Shown in pieces: positions 6,644 through 16,261 of a stretch of 64,000 nucleotides of DNA. The stretch covers positions 985-64,984 of the forward strand of contig JAEEJA010000037.1 of assembly GCA_016281605.1 (NCBI GenBank), given 5' to 3'. Position numbers and translations under genes: made by a program. A model generated the notes under the pieces. That model saw only the letters and a program-made list of their open reading frames with translations, searched no databases and was not told the DNA's origin. Origin of the DNA: Lachnospiraceae bacterium (GTDB taxonomy: Bacteria; Bacillota; Clostridia; Lachnospirales; Lachnospiraceae). Within the stretch, counting starts at the first letter, position 1, and the number at the start of each line of letters is the position of its first letter.

Positions 6644-9600
6644 ATGCTGATGGAACAGAGAAAAAACATCAAACATTATTCGTATTGGAAGAGGATCTTT
6701 TCGTTTATTTTAGCATTTGCAATGATCGTGACGGGTGTAAATGTTGATTTTAACGTTAAGACTGCGAAGGCATACGGAGATGGACCGGCAGTTTCCTATA
6801 AAAATAAGGAAGTTATGCTTGAGTTCAACGCTAACACCATGCCCGCAGGTTATACTCTTGAAAGCGGAAATATCTACCATGTAAGGAAGAATACAACCTT
6901 TGCGGCTGTAGAGGCCGGAACTCCCGGTTTAAGGGTCAAAGAAGGTGACACGGTAATTATTTATATTGATAAAAATGCAGCTCTTGAGTGTAGGGGTGCG
7001 GCAGGAAATGGCGTAACCGGTGGAGCAGCAGGTATATTAGTACAGGAAAGCTCTACACTTATCGTTACAGGTGATGGTGCTCTTATTACCAAGGGTGGTA
7101 ACGGAAGTGCAGCTACTAATGGTGGCAACGGTGGAAACGGAGCCTTCGGAGGTGCTAAAACCGGTGGTAACGGCGGTGCCGGTGGTCGCGGAGCGGCAGG
7201 TGCCGGAGCAGGAATCGGAACAAACGGCGGAAATGCAGGTCAGGGAGCAGTCGAAACCGTAGGTGTGACCGAGGCTTACACTTCCGGTGATGAACTTGTA
7301 GGTAATAATGGAAGCAGTGGAGCGCAGGGTAGTGCTGCTTCAGTAGCAGGAAATGTTTATCTGTTAGGTAATATCACAGTTAATGCTAATGCCGGAACCG
7401 GTGGTGCAAAAGGAAGTGCAGGAACTGCCGGAAGTGGTAATACAAGCGTTTATCATGCTTCTTTGGCTAACTATGATGAGTATGCCGGTGGTGGTGGCGC
7501 CGGTGGTGGCGGAAGTGCTTCTGCAGATGCTGCTGCAATAGGTTCCGGATCTACAGGTGGAACAGGTGGTTCCAGTGGTGGATCAGGTGGAGTCGGTGAA
7601 GATTACGATCAAGCATATTTAGGAAGTAATTACAATGGTGGCAATGGTCAGGGTGGAATCGTTGGAAGCGCCACTTATAACGGCAACGGAACAAAGACCA
7701 ATGGTAGTTATACAGGAAACGATCGAAAAGGTGGAAACGGTGGTTCTTGCTCATTTAATTCTTTCCCTGAAAACAGCCAAGGCGGAAGCGTAACCATAGG
7801 TTCTTATGCTACCTTAAACGGTAAAATGAGATTAGGAATTGATGAAACCGAAGACGATGTTAAGGAAGTACAGGAGTCACTCGGAGGATCATCAGAGACT
7901 AATAAGGGTCTTGGCGTAAGATCAACAGTAGATACACATCTTGTTACAATTAATGATGAGTTAAATATCATCTCAGATGTTTTAGATCAAAATGTAAAAT
8001 TAAGTTTTAATGCTAATGGCGGATACGGTGATGATTATGTAACAGATTGTCATAATTTCCCTGAAACTATTACAATAACTGATCATAAGTATTCAGGAAA
8101 GCAGATTATAGGCTATACACTTGAAAAAGACTTAAGTGATGTAGCAGAAGATAAATATTATTTCTATAGAACAGCTATAGATGATAGAACACACACAGTA
8201 TTTAAAGGACAGACTGATTCTTTTGAGAAGCTGTTTGCAACACTTGATTTTGATGCAGTTTTCTCCGGTGAATTAAGCTTCTACGCTCAGTGGGAAGATG
8301 CTGAATACAGAATCGGTTATTATAAGACATCTAATGATACTAAGCCAGCTACAATAACTGAAGAAGTATATGGTAAGTTCCTTGTTCTTACAAGAAAGCA
8401 GGCTGGTCTTGATGCAAGAGAAGGCTATACTTTCCTTGGTTGGACTAGAGAGCCTAAAGCAACCGAGGCTGAGTATAAAGCAGGAAAGCAGTACAATGGT
8501 GGTGCAACTGTAGTTCCGGGTGAGATAGTACCTATGTATCCTGTATGGAGTTTCACAGGTGGTTATACTATCGATTACGACGGAAACGGAAGTGATGAAG
8601 AGCCAGCTTACAACATCCCTGCAGCAAGTGAGGTGCTTCTTGGTGAAGATCAGGTTAAGGGTGATGAAATTGAATATAAGATTGAGTATGCTGTAAATAA
8701 GGATCGTGAAGAAGTATATCCTCAGAGAGATGGCTATACATTCCTTGGATGGTCTACGGAAGCTGCTGCTGACCCTGAGAATATTTACGCTCCCGGTGAG
8801 AAAGTACCTCTTACAGGAAATACTGTATTCTATGCACAGTGGAAGAAGAATCCTAAGCTTACCTATGAGGTAAACGGCGGTGAATTGGAGCAGACTATAC
8901 CTGAGTATATCTATCAGAAGAATGATAAGGTTAAGGTTGGCTGTGACAGATTAACTTATGAGTACGATAAAGACGGCAAGAGTACAAACATTACTTGGGG
9001 AGAGCCTGTAGATATAACAAGAGAAGGCTATACATTCCTTGGATGGGTTCTTACAGAAACAGTAACAACAGGTAAGAAAGAAACCTCATACTACTATAAC
9101 AAGAAGGAAAATACATGGGTTAAGATTACAGATGAAAACAAGGATACATACATGGATTCTAAAGATGCACTTGTAGAATCAGGAGATACATTTGCCATGC
9201 CTGATGATGATTCATCTGTAACTACAGACGTAGTTGTTACTGCAACAGCTAAGTGGAAAAAGAAAACAAATACAGCTCGTTTTTATTTTTCTGCTTATAC
9301 AGCTAAAGGAAAGCTCAAGGTTTATGATGTAAATATTTCACAGAACTACAGTGTTACCAATAAAGGTATAACAGATAAGAAAACTGAAATTGTTACTAAA
9401 ATGGCAGTTGAAATTAGTGAAGATTATGTAACTGAAAAGTTTGATGATATCAAGTATGATGCAACATTAGATTTTGATATCACAGTAAGTAATGCTTATA
9501 ATCCGACTTATCTTTTTGTTTACGCCATAGGAGAAGACTTCGGAGTTAATTTAAAACCGTATATGATTAAGAGGGGTGATAATGTAATATCCGCTGATGA

Positions 9601-12600
9601 GATAATAGAGAATCCAACATCTTCTTCATCAGAGCCATATACTTTCTTTTACAGATTATCTAATATTAAGAAGGAAGTTGTTATTTATACTATTTACGCA
9701 GAGCAGTATGAATATAATATCAAGTACGTAGATCCTTCTGATGTTAGAAACGAAGGTGAATCTGAAGATGGTATTTATTATGCAGGTTATGAAAGTCCAC
9801 TTCTTGACTCTACTAAGGTTACATCTGATGATTATGATTTCGTAGGTTGGTATGAGAGTGAGGAAGAGGCTCTTAAGGTAACAAAGAATAACGATGGCGT
9901 TAACACTGCAAATGTTGTTACACATTCAGCTGTTAGCAATCGTGGAGACAAGACATACTATGCTGCATGGCAAGGAAAGAAGTATACTATTACTTACTAC
10001 AAAGCAAATTATAATTCAAATATTGCTTCAGGTAAGAATTACACAGTGGCAACAACCGATGTAGCAGTAAAGAGATTTGGTGAAACATTTGAAATTAGCA
10101 AGAATGAAGACGTTGAAGGACCAAACAATGCGGTATTCCTTGGATGGGCAACTTCTCCGGATGCAACAAAGGCTAAGTATGCACCGGGCGAAACAGTTAA
10201 GGATGTTGCTAAATCAGAAACAAAAGCTATATCACTCTATGCGGTTTGGGATATCTCAAATATCAGTATTACTTACGATGCTCAGGGTGGTAGCTTTAAG
10301 GATGGTTCAAAGTCAAAGACATATGTTGATAAGTACAAAGCAACCGCATCTCAGATCTATGAAAACTCAGGTATTAGTTCATTAGAGCCTAATATCAAGA
10401 AGGATGGTTATGCATTCATGGGTTGGGCTTTCAAGCCGGATAGTGAGGTTCCTACAATCGCAAAAGACGGTTCTGTACTGGATATGATTAAGGATAGTGA
10501 AGCTTATGAAGATGTGACAGCATATGCAGTATGGAGGGCTAAGTCCTATACACTTCAGTATTATAAGGACAACGAAGGTAATGAAATATCAGGAGTTACA
10601 ACTGTAAAATACGGAGATACCATAACCATCGGTTATATTGATGACCCGCATCAGGGTGTATCTTTAAAGGTACCTGTTACAACACCTGAAGGAAAAACTC
10701 TTTTAGGATGGGCACCACAGAAGGGAACCAGCACAATATGGTACTTACAGGGTGAAAAGATAGTAGTCAGCTCAGATGTTCCTTATCTCTATCCTGTATT
10801 TACAGATAGTGAAAAGTATACACTTGCATACAATGCAAACGGTGGAACATGGACAGGATATGCACCTTACAGTATAGCTACAGCTGAAGAAAGTACAGTT
10901 AACTTTACTATAAGTAATGTAGTTCCTGAAAGAGCTGGTTATACATTCCTCGGATGGACAGAAAGACAGGATGCGACAGAAGCTACATTTAAAGCCGGAG
11001 GTACCTATAGTATCCCTGCAACTGTTTTGGAATCACATAATTACGTACTTTACGCTGTATGGAGTCCTGTTAAGTATAAGATTACCTTCAAACCTGGTAA
11101 TCCTGCAACAACAGACGCTGTTTATAAGAATGCAGCAACCGCAAGTGCTGTAAGGCCTACTCTTAAGTCTCAGACTTTTGATGATCCTTCTTTAGCAGTA
11201 GATGATAGTGATACTACAAAGCAGACATATACTCAGACATTTACTTATGACAAAGAAACTAAATTAGCAAAGGCTCAGTATGAGTATCCTGGTTATGACT
11301 TTGTAGGATGGAGTGAGACTCCTGATGGTGAAGTGATAGCATTTACAGATGCTCAGGTAGTAAAGAATCTTACTGACAAAAACAATGATATTTACAAGAC
11401 CTTATATGCTGTATGGAAGGTTGGCTCAACTATTAAGGTTGTATACAAGGGCAATGGAAATACAAGCAAAGACAAAACTGTACCTGAAGACGAAAATTAT
11501 GTAAATGTAATAGGAGCAGAAGTTAATAATGATACTATAAAAGGTATTGAGGTAGAACTCGCAGAGCCAAAATCCGAAGATTCTTCTATCGAAAGAGAAG
11601 GCTACAAATTCATGGGTTGGACTACTGATTATGCTCATTCAGTATTTGAGGCTGATGAGACTATACCTGCAACAGCTCCTGTAATTAAGCCGGGCGAGAC
11701 TGATATAATTACAGACTCTACAACATACTATGCAGTATGGCAGGCTTACAAGACATATAAAGTAACATATGACTTAAATGGAAGCATAGGAAAAGTACCT
11801 GTAGACAATAAGACATACTGTGAAGATGGCAAGTCTTATGACGGAAATGAAGTAAAAGTACTCTTTAGTCCGATTTCTCACAGATATGGTTATGACTTTC
11901 TAGGTTGGACAACTACACCACAGGCTGTTACAAAACAGTCAGTAGAGGCTACTTATACTAATGACGGAATAAATGAGTTCGAAATTAAGGAAGATACAAC
12001 TCTTTACGCAGTATGGGCAGCACACAGTTATACAATTGAGTATTATGATTACAGAACTTCTACAACTCCTGTAGAAAAGAAGAAAGTTTATTACAACCAG
12101 GAAGTAAAGCTTGCAACAGGTGGTGTAGTTACACCTGAAAAGGGATATTGCTTCAAGGGATGGTCTACTGTAGCGAGCGGAAACGTTGTTTTCAAGGGTG
12201 CAGAGGCTGTTAGAAATATTACAACAAGTAATAATGTTAAGCTTTATGCAGTATATGGACCTAAGACATATCGCATAGTGCTTGATGATGATGTAGAAAG
12301 CTATACTAAGTATCTCACAGATTATAAGAAGAATCACTTTACACAGGCAACAGTTGTAGGTACAAGTGAAGAAAAAGAATTTGAAAGAGAGTACGAGGAT
12401 GGCATAACAGAAGAAAAGTATACAGTTATAAACAAGTATCCTACCTACGAGATTGAGTTTAAAGATGCCTTCAAGGATATTACAATTCCATCAGTATACG
12501 GATTTGATTTTGGAGGATACGAGGTAGTTTACGGTGAAGAAAGCGTAGAAGTTTACGATAACTCAGGTAATGCAGTAAGCAATCTCAATAAAAAGGTTAT

Positions 12601-15600
12601 CGGAGAAGATACAGCTGAGGCAGATGAAGATGGAGTAGCTGATATAGTACTTAAGGCTATGTGGATTCCACATGAGTTTGATGTAGTATTTATGCAGGAT
12701 GATAAGCAGGTTGATTCTACTCATGTAACTTATGGCGATCCATTTGTAATGCCAAAATCAGTTAAGAATCTTTCAGTATCTAACGACTACACAGTAGCTG
12801 GCTGGACAACAAATGTTGATGATCAGTATCCTGCAACAGTAGATGTAGAAGATACAGTAATGTTTAAGGCTGATACTACATATCCGGCTGATGATATAGC
12901 TAAGCTTTATAACAATGGTAAGGCAGCGGTTATCCTTTATCCGGTTTATAAGACAACAGTTAAGTACAATGTACGTTTTGTTGCTGAGGATGCTACCAAT
13001 GTACCTGAAACACAAAAAGTAGCTTATCAGGATAACTTTGAACTTACATTTGATGATGTAGTACTTAAGACACCTAAGAGAGAGGGTTACATCTTCGTAG
13101 GATGGTCAACAGAAGAAGACATAGCAGATGAAGAAATAATTACATATCCTTATGAAGAGGGTGCAACTTATACAATTGAAGATGTAAGTGAAGACATAGT
13201 TCTTTATGCAGAGTTTGTTGCAATAGATTACTTCATAAATTACATAGACGGAGATGAAGTAGCTGATACAGATTGTGATATGATTACTTATCCATGCGCT
13301 GATAGCGAAACAGAGGCAGCTTACACATTCAGAGCTTATGATGAAGTTTCATTTAGTGCACCTAAGGGTTACAAGCTTCTTGGATGGTCACTTAAGAAGG
13401 GTGCTAAGGCAGATGCAATTGATTTCTATCCGGGACAGAAACTCGACAGAGCACTTAAGACAGAGTTAGGAGATGAAGTTAATCTTTATCCTGTATGGGG
13501 TGAAAAGAACTACACAGTTATATTTGATGCAAATAATGAAGAAGCTTTCGGAACGACCAATAAACAGGTGATGACATATGATCAGGCTTCAGCTCTTAAT
13601 AAGAATCAATTTAGATCATTTGATTATTCATTCCAGGGATGGAGCACAGTAGCTACATCAAGTGCAGTTGAGTACCACGATGCTGAAAGTGTAGACTTAA
13701 GTGAATTGGCTACAAGCAGCGATGATTATGTAGATGAAAACAGTGATGTAGAAGTTACACTTTACGCAGTATGGATGCCTGAAATTGAAGAAAAAGAGGC
13801 AACTATTACATATGGCGATAAGTTAGATGTTTCAACACTGTTCATTATTCCTGCACTTGCAGGTGAAGCAACGTACCATATTCCACTTCTTGGAACAGAT
13901 GCTTCTATTGACGGAACAGAATTTAAGTATACTAAGGCAGGTGTTTATCCTGTACTATTAATTACAAATTCTAAAGATGGAATAGGATACGGTTTAGGAT
14001 ACACAACAATAACAGTAGAAAAAGCTCAGGCAGCGGGAACAATAATCTTAGATAATAAGTTTGATTACTCAGATATTGATAAGATAGCTCCAGAGATTAA
14101 GTTCACTAATCCTTTAGATGAAGAAGATTATTCACCTGAAATTACATTTGAGTACAAGGTTGCAGGCGAAGATGATGAAACCTATGATGCTGATATCAAT
14201 GAAGTAGTCAGCAAACCGGGAACATATGTGGTTCGTGCAACCGTAGCAGACACAGATAACTTTAAGGGATTTACAGTATCAAAGAAGTTTAAGATTAGCA
14301 ACCTTAAGTTTGCATCTGTAGTAACACCTGCAGCAGTTGAAGTAGGTAACGGAGCAGCTAAGACAGCAGAAGGTCTTAATCTTCCTGAAACAGTTAAGAT
14401 AGTACTTGAAGACGGAAGCAAGATAAAGGCTGACGTTACTTGGGATACAGCTTCAGTTACAGATTATGACAGAGGTATAAAGTACCAGGATCAGACATTT
14501 ACAGTTAATGGTACAGTTGATATTCCTGACACAGTACGTAATGTAAGCGAGGATGAAATCACAACAAGTATCGAGGTAACTGTTCTTAAGGATGAAAATA
14601 ATCTTGACGAAGTTAAATCAGATTTAATTACTAACCTTTTGTTAAATGCATATAATGTATATGATAATTACGATGAAGCTGAGCAGGATGAAATCACTAA
14701 AATAGTAAAGGAGACCAGAGAGGCTATTATAGCTGCAGAAAGTGAATCGGAAGCAATGATGGCTTATGCTATGGCATTTAAGCGTATTGAACTCCTTACT
14801 ACATCAGATCAGCACCGAATCGAAGAACTTGATGAGAAGATTGATGTAACTAGTGCAGCAGCAATCGAGGCAATTAATAATACTAAGGAAGAACTTGATG
14901 AAAAGATCAATGACACTAAGGAAGAACTTGATGAGAAGATTGATGTAACAAGTGCAGCAGCAATCGAGGCAATTAATAATACTAAGGAAGAACTTGATGG
15001 AAAGATCGATGACACTAAGGAAGAACTTGATGGAAAGATCGATGACACTAAGGAAGAACTTGATGGAAAGATCGATGACACTAAGGAAGAACTTGATGGA
15101 AAGGTCGATGACACTAAGGAAGAACTTGATGGAAAGATCGATGACACTAAGGAAGAACTTAATGATAAGATCGATGGAGCTAAGGATGAGCTTGATAAGA
15201 AGGTAGATGATGCTAAGGATGAGCTTGACAAGAAGGTTGATGACGCTAAGAATGAGCTTGATAAGAAGGTAGATGATACCAAGGATGAGCTTGATAATGC
15301 TATCGATAATGCAGTTGATTCTCATATGAAAGATGTAGTTGCAGTAGCCAGCCAGGCAGCTATTGATAGACAGATAGCTAAGGAAAATGCAGATGCAGCA
15401 AGTAAGAGCGCAGCTCAGGCAAATGCTAAGGCAGATGCAATCAATGCAAAGACTACAGCTGAGAATACAGCATATCAGAATGAGCTTGCACTTAATGCAG
15501 GACTTAAGGTTAGCCAGACAGGCAGCCAACTCATCATCGAGTGGGGCAAGGTAGCAGGTGCAGATGGATACAAGGTATTTGTACAGTATTGTGGAAAGGC

Positions 15601-16090
15601 TTACACCGCTGATGCAACCAGCTTACTTACGGGAGATGCAACAACAAGTGTAGTAATTAACTCACTAAACGGCAAGAAGCTCAAACTTAAGAAGAACTTC
15701 AAGCTTTATGTAGTAGCTTACAAGACGGTTAATGGCAAAGAAGAGATTCTTTGTAAGTCAATAGCAGCACACGTTGTAGGTAGAAAGAATAAGAAATATA
15801 CCAATGCTGAATCAATTGTAGTAGATAACACCAGCATTTCACTTACAACAGGAGCAAGCGAAAAGATCAAAGCTAAGACAAAACTTATCCAGAACGGAAA
15901 GAAGAAGAAAAAGCAGCTTTCAAATAAGCACGCTAAAGAATTCCGTTATGCAGTAAGTGATAAGACTGTTGTTTCAGTTGATAAGAATGGTGTTGTTACA
16001 GCACTTGCAGAAGGAGAGTGTACTGTATATGTATACTCCAGAAACGGACTCGCAGTAGCAGTTAAGGTGAAAGTAACAAAGACCGTTTAA
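6644..16090 (+). CDS. Giant secreted/cell-surface repeat protein (3148 aa)
   Basis: Uninterrupted 9.4-kb ORF. N-terminal signal peptide or anchor (IFSFILAFAMIVTGVNV...AKA). Gly-rich GGxGG module. About 17 copies of the GY(T/D)F(L/V)GW...YA(V/Q)W repeat (Listeria-Bacteroides / Flg_new type). An 11-aa coiled-coil tandem repeat. C-terminal Fn3-like and Big_2-like domains (VVSVDKNGVVTALAEGECTVYVYS). The ATG at 6650 has better RBS spacing than the one at 6644. No LPXTG, SLH or choline-binding anchor was seen. Confidence 0.9.
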   Translation: MLMEQRKNIKHYSYWKRIFSFILAFAMIVTGVNVDFNVKTAKAYGDGPAVSYKNKEVMLEFNANTMPAGYTLESGNIYHVRKNTTFAAVEAGTPGLRVKEGDTVIIYIDKNAALECRGAAGNGVTGGAAGILVQESSTLIVTGDGALITKGGNGSAATNGGNGGNGAFGGAKTGGNGGAGGRGAAGAGAGIGTNGGNAGQGAVETVGVTEAYTSGDELVGNNGSSGAQGSAASVAGNVYLLGNITVNANAGTGGAKGSAGTAGSGNTSVYHASLANYDEYAGGGGAGGGGSASADAAAIGSGSTGGTGGSSGGSGGVGEDYDQAYLGSNYNGGNGQGGIVGSATYNGNGTKTNGSYTGNDRKGGNGGSCSFNSFPENSQGGSVTIGSYATLNGKMRLGIDETEDDVKEVQESLGGSSETNKGLGVRSTVDTHLVTINDELNIISDVLDQNVKLSFNANGGYGDDYVTDCHNFPETITITDHKYSGKQIIGYTLEKDLSDVAEDKYYFYRTAIDDRTHTVFKGQTDSFEKLFATLDFDAVFSGELSFYAQWEDAEYRIGYYKTSNDTKPATITEEVYGKFLVLTRKQAGLDAREGYTFLGWTREPKATEAEYKAGKQYNGGATVVPGEIVPMYPVWSFTGGYTIDYDGNGSDEEPAYNIPAASEVLLGEDQVKGDEIEYKIEYAVNKDREEVYPQRDGYTFLGWSTEAAADPENIYAPGEKVPLTGNTVFYAQWKKNPKLTYEVNGGELEQTIPEYIYQKNDKVKVGCDRLTYEYDKDGKSTNITWGEPVDITREGYTFLGWVLTETVTTGKKETSYYYNKKENTWVKITDENKDTYMDSKDALVESGDTFAMPDDDSSVTTDVVVTATAKWKKKTNTARFYFSAYTAKGKLKVYDVNISQNYSVTNKGITDKKTEIVTKMAVEISEDYVTEKFDDIKYDATLDFDITVSNAYNPTYLFVYAIGEDFGVNLKPYMIKRGDNVISADEIIENPTSSSSEPYTFFYRLSNIKKEVVIYTIYAEQYEYNIKYVDPSDVRNEGESEDGIYYAGYESPLLDSTKVTSDDYDFVGWYESEEEALKVTKNNDGVNTANVVTHSAVSNRGDKTYYAAWQGKKYTITYYKANYNSNIASGKNYTVATTDVAVKRFGETFEISKNEDVEGPNNAVFLGWATSPDATKAKYAPGETVKDVAKSETKAISLYAVWDISNISITYDAQGGSFKDGSKSKTYVDKYKATASQIYENSGISSLEPNIKKDGYAFMGWAFKPDSEVPTIAKDGSVLDMIKDSEAYEDVTAYAVWRAKSYTLQYYKDNEGNEISGVTTVKYGDTITIGYIDDPHQGVSLKVPVTTPEGKTLLGWAPQKGTSTIWYLQGEKIVVSSDVPYLYPVFTDSEKYTLAYNANGGTWTGYAPYSIATAEESTVNFTISNVVPERAGYTFLGWTERQDATEATFKAGGTYSIPATVLESHNYVLYAVWSPVKYKITFKPGNPATTDAVYKNAATASAVRPTLKSQTFDDPSLAVDDSDTTKQTYTQTFTYDKETKLAKAQYEYPGYDFVGWSETPDGEVIAFTDAQVVKNLTDKNNDIYKTLYAVWKVGSTIKVVYKGNGNTSKDKTVPEDENYVNVIGAEVNNDTIKGIEVELAEPKSEDSSIEREGYKFMGWTTDYAHSVFEADETIPATAPVIKPGETDIITDSTTYYAVWQAYKTYKVTYDLNGSIGKVPVDNKTYCEDGKSYDGNEVKVLFSPISHRYGYDFLGWTTTPQAVTKQSVEATYTNDGINEFEIKEDTTLYAVWAAHSYTIEYYDYRTSTTPVEKKKVYYNQEVKLATGGVVTPEKGYCFKGWSTVASGNVVFKGAEAVRNITTSNNVKLYAVYGPKTYRIVLDDDVESYTKYLTDYKKNHFTQATVVGTSEEKEFEREYEDGITEEKYTVINKYPTYEIEFKDAFKDITIPSVYGFDFGGYEVVYGEESVEVYDNSGNAVSNLNKKVIGEDTAEADEDGVADIVLKAMWIPHEFDVVFMQDDKQVDSTHVTYGDPFVMPKSVKNLSVSNDYTVAGWTTNVDDQYPATVDVEDTVMFKADTTYPADDIAKLYNNGKAAVILYPVYKTTVKYNVRFVAEDATNVPETQKVAYQDNFELTFDDVVLKTPKREGYIFVGWSTEEDIADEEIITYPYEEGATYTIEDVSEDIVLYAEFVAIDYFINYIDGDEVADTDCDMITYPCADSETEAAYTFRAYDEVSFSAPKGYKLLGWSLKKGAKADAIDFYPGQKLDRALKTELGDEVNLYPVWGEKNYTVIFDANNEEAFGTTNKQVMTYDQASALNKNQFRSFDYSFQGWSTVATSSAVEYHDAESVDLSELATSSDDYVDENSDVEVTLYAVWMPEIEEKEATITYGDKLDVSTLFIIPALAGEATYHIPLLGTDASIDGTEFKYTKAGVYPVLLITNSKDGIGYGLGYTTITVEKAQAAGTIILDNKFDYSDIDKIAPEIKFTNPLDEEDYSPEITFEYKVAGEDDETYDADINEVVSKPGTYVVRATVADTDNFKGFTVSKKFKISNLKFASVVTPAAVEVGNGAAKTAEGLNLPETVKIVLEDGSKIKADVTWDTASVTDYDRGIKYQDQTFTVNGTVDIPDTVRNVSEDEITTSIEVTVLKDENNLDEVKSDLITNLLLNAYNVYDNYDEAEQDEITKIVKETREAIIAAESESEAMMAYAMAFKRIELLTTSDQHRIEELDEKIDVTSAAAIEAINNTKEELDEKINDTKEELDEKIDVTSAAAIEAINNTKEELDGKIDDTKEELDGKIDDTKEELDGKIDDTKEELDGKVDDTKEELDGKIDDTKEELNDKIDGAKDELDKKVDDAKDELDKKVDDAKNELDKKVDDTKDELDNAIDNAVDSHMKDVVAVASQAAIDRQIAKENADAASKSAAQANAKADAINAKTTAENTAYQNELALNAGLKVSQTGSQLIIEWGKVAGADGYKVFVQYCGKAYTADATSLLTGDATTSVVINSLNGKKLKLKKNFKLYVVAYKTVNGKEEILCKSIAAHVVGRKNKKYTNAESIVVDNTSISLTTGASEKIKAKTKLIQNGKKKKKQLSNKHAKEFRYAVSDKTVVSVDKNGVVTALAEGECTVYVYSRNGLAVAVKVKVTKTV
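14834..15304 (+). repeat. In-frame tandem repeats: a 99-bp duplication followed by nine 33-bp units
   Basis: 14834-14932 is repeated from 14933. Units of gatgacactaaggaagaacttgatggaaagatc begin at 15008, 15041, 15074, 15107 and 15140. More diverged units begin at 15173, 15206, 15239 and 15272. They encode (D/E)xTKEELDxKI heptad-like repeats. Confidence 0.95.
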
Positions 16091-16132
16091 GAAGTTTTAG
16101 TAGAAATCATAACAGATTAGTAGTATAGTAGT

Positions 16133-16168
16133 GGAGGTTTCTGCTTATGGCAGGAACCTCCGTTATTA
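16133..16168 (+). terminator. Intrinsic terminator-like hairpin after the giant gene
   Basis: ggaggtttctgc-ttatg-gcaggaacctcc gives a 12-bp stem with one G:U pair. The following T-rich tail is weak (gttattat). Confidence 0.5.
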
Positions 16169-16261
16169 TAAGTCAGACTTCCGGGAAAAAGTGTAAGACT
16201 TTTGTATATATGGCTGTGATAGCGAAGAAGATGATAAAATAAAAAAGGGGATAAAGCTATC

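Noticed and set aside
6452-6676. 74-aa minus-strand ORF overlapping the giant-gene start
   Set aside because: It is AT-rich and of low complexity, has no RBS, and overlaps the leader and start codon of a strongly supported gene.
7071-7754. ORFs 7071-7262 (+) and 7551-7754 (-) within the Gly-rich region
   Set aside because: They are a product of the locally GC-rich, stop-poor sequence and are nested in the giant gene. There is no RBS.
14804-15529. Antisense and alternate-frame ORFs (241 aa, 157 aa, 84 aa) over the tandem repeats
   Set aside because: They are low-complexity translations of the 33-bp repeat in other frames and lie entirely inside the 9.4-kb ORF. They are artefacts.
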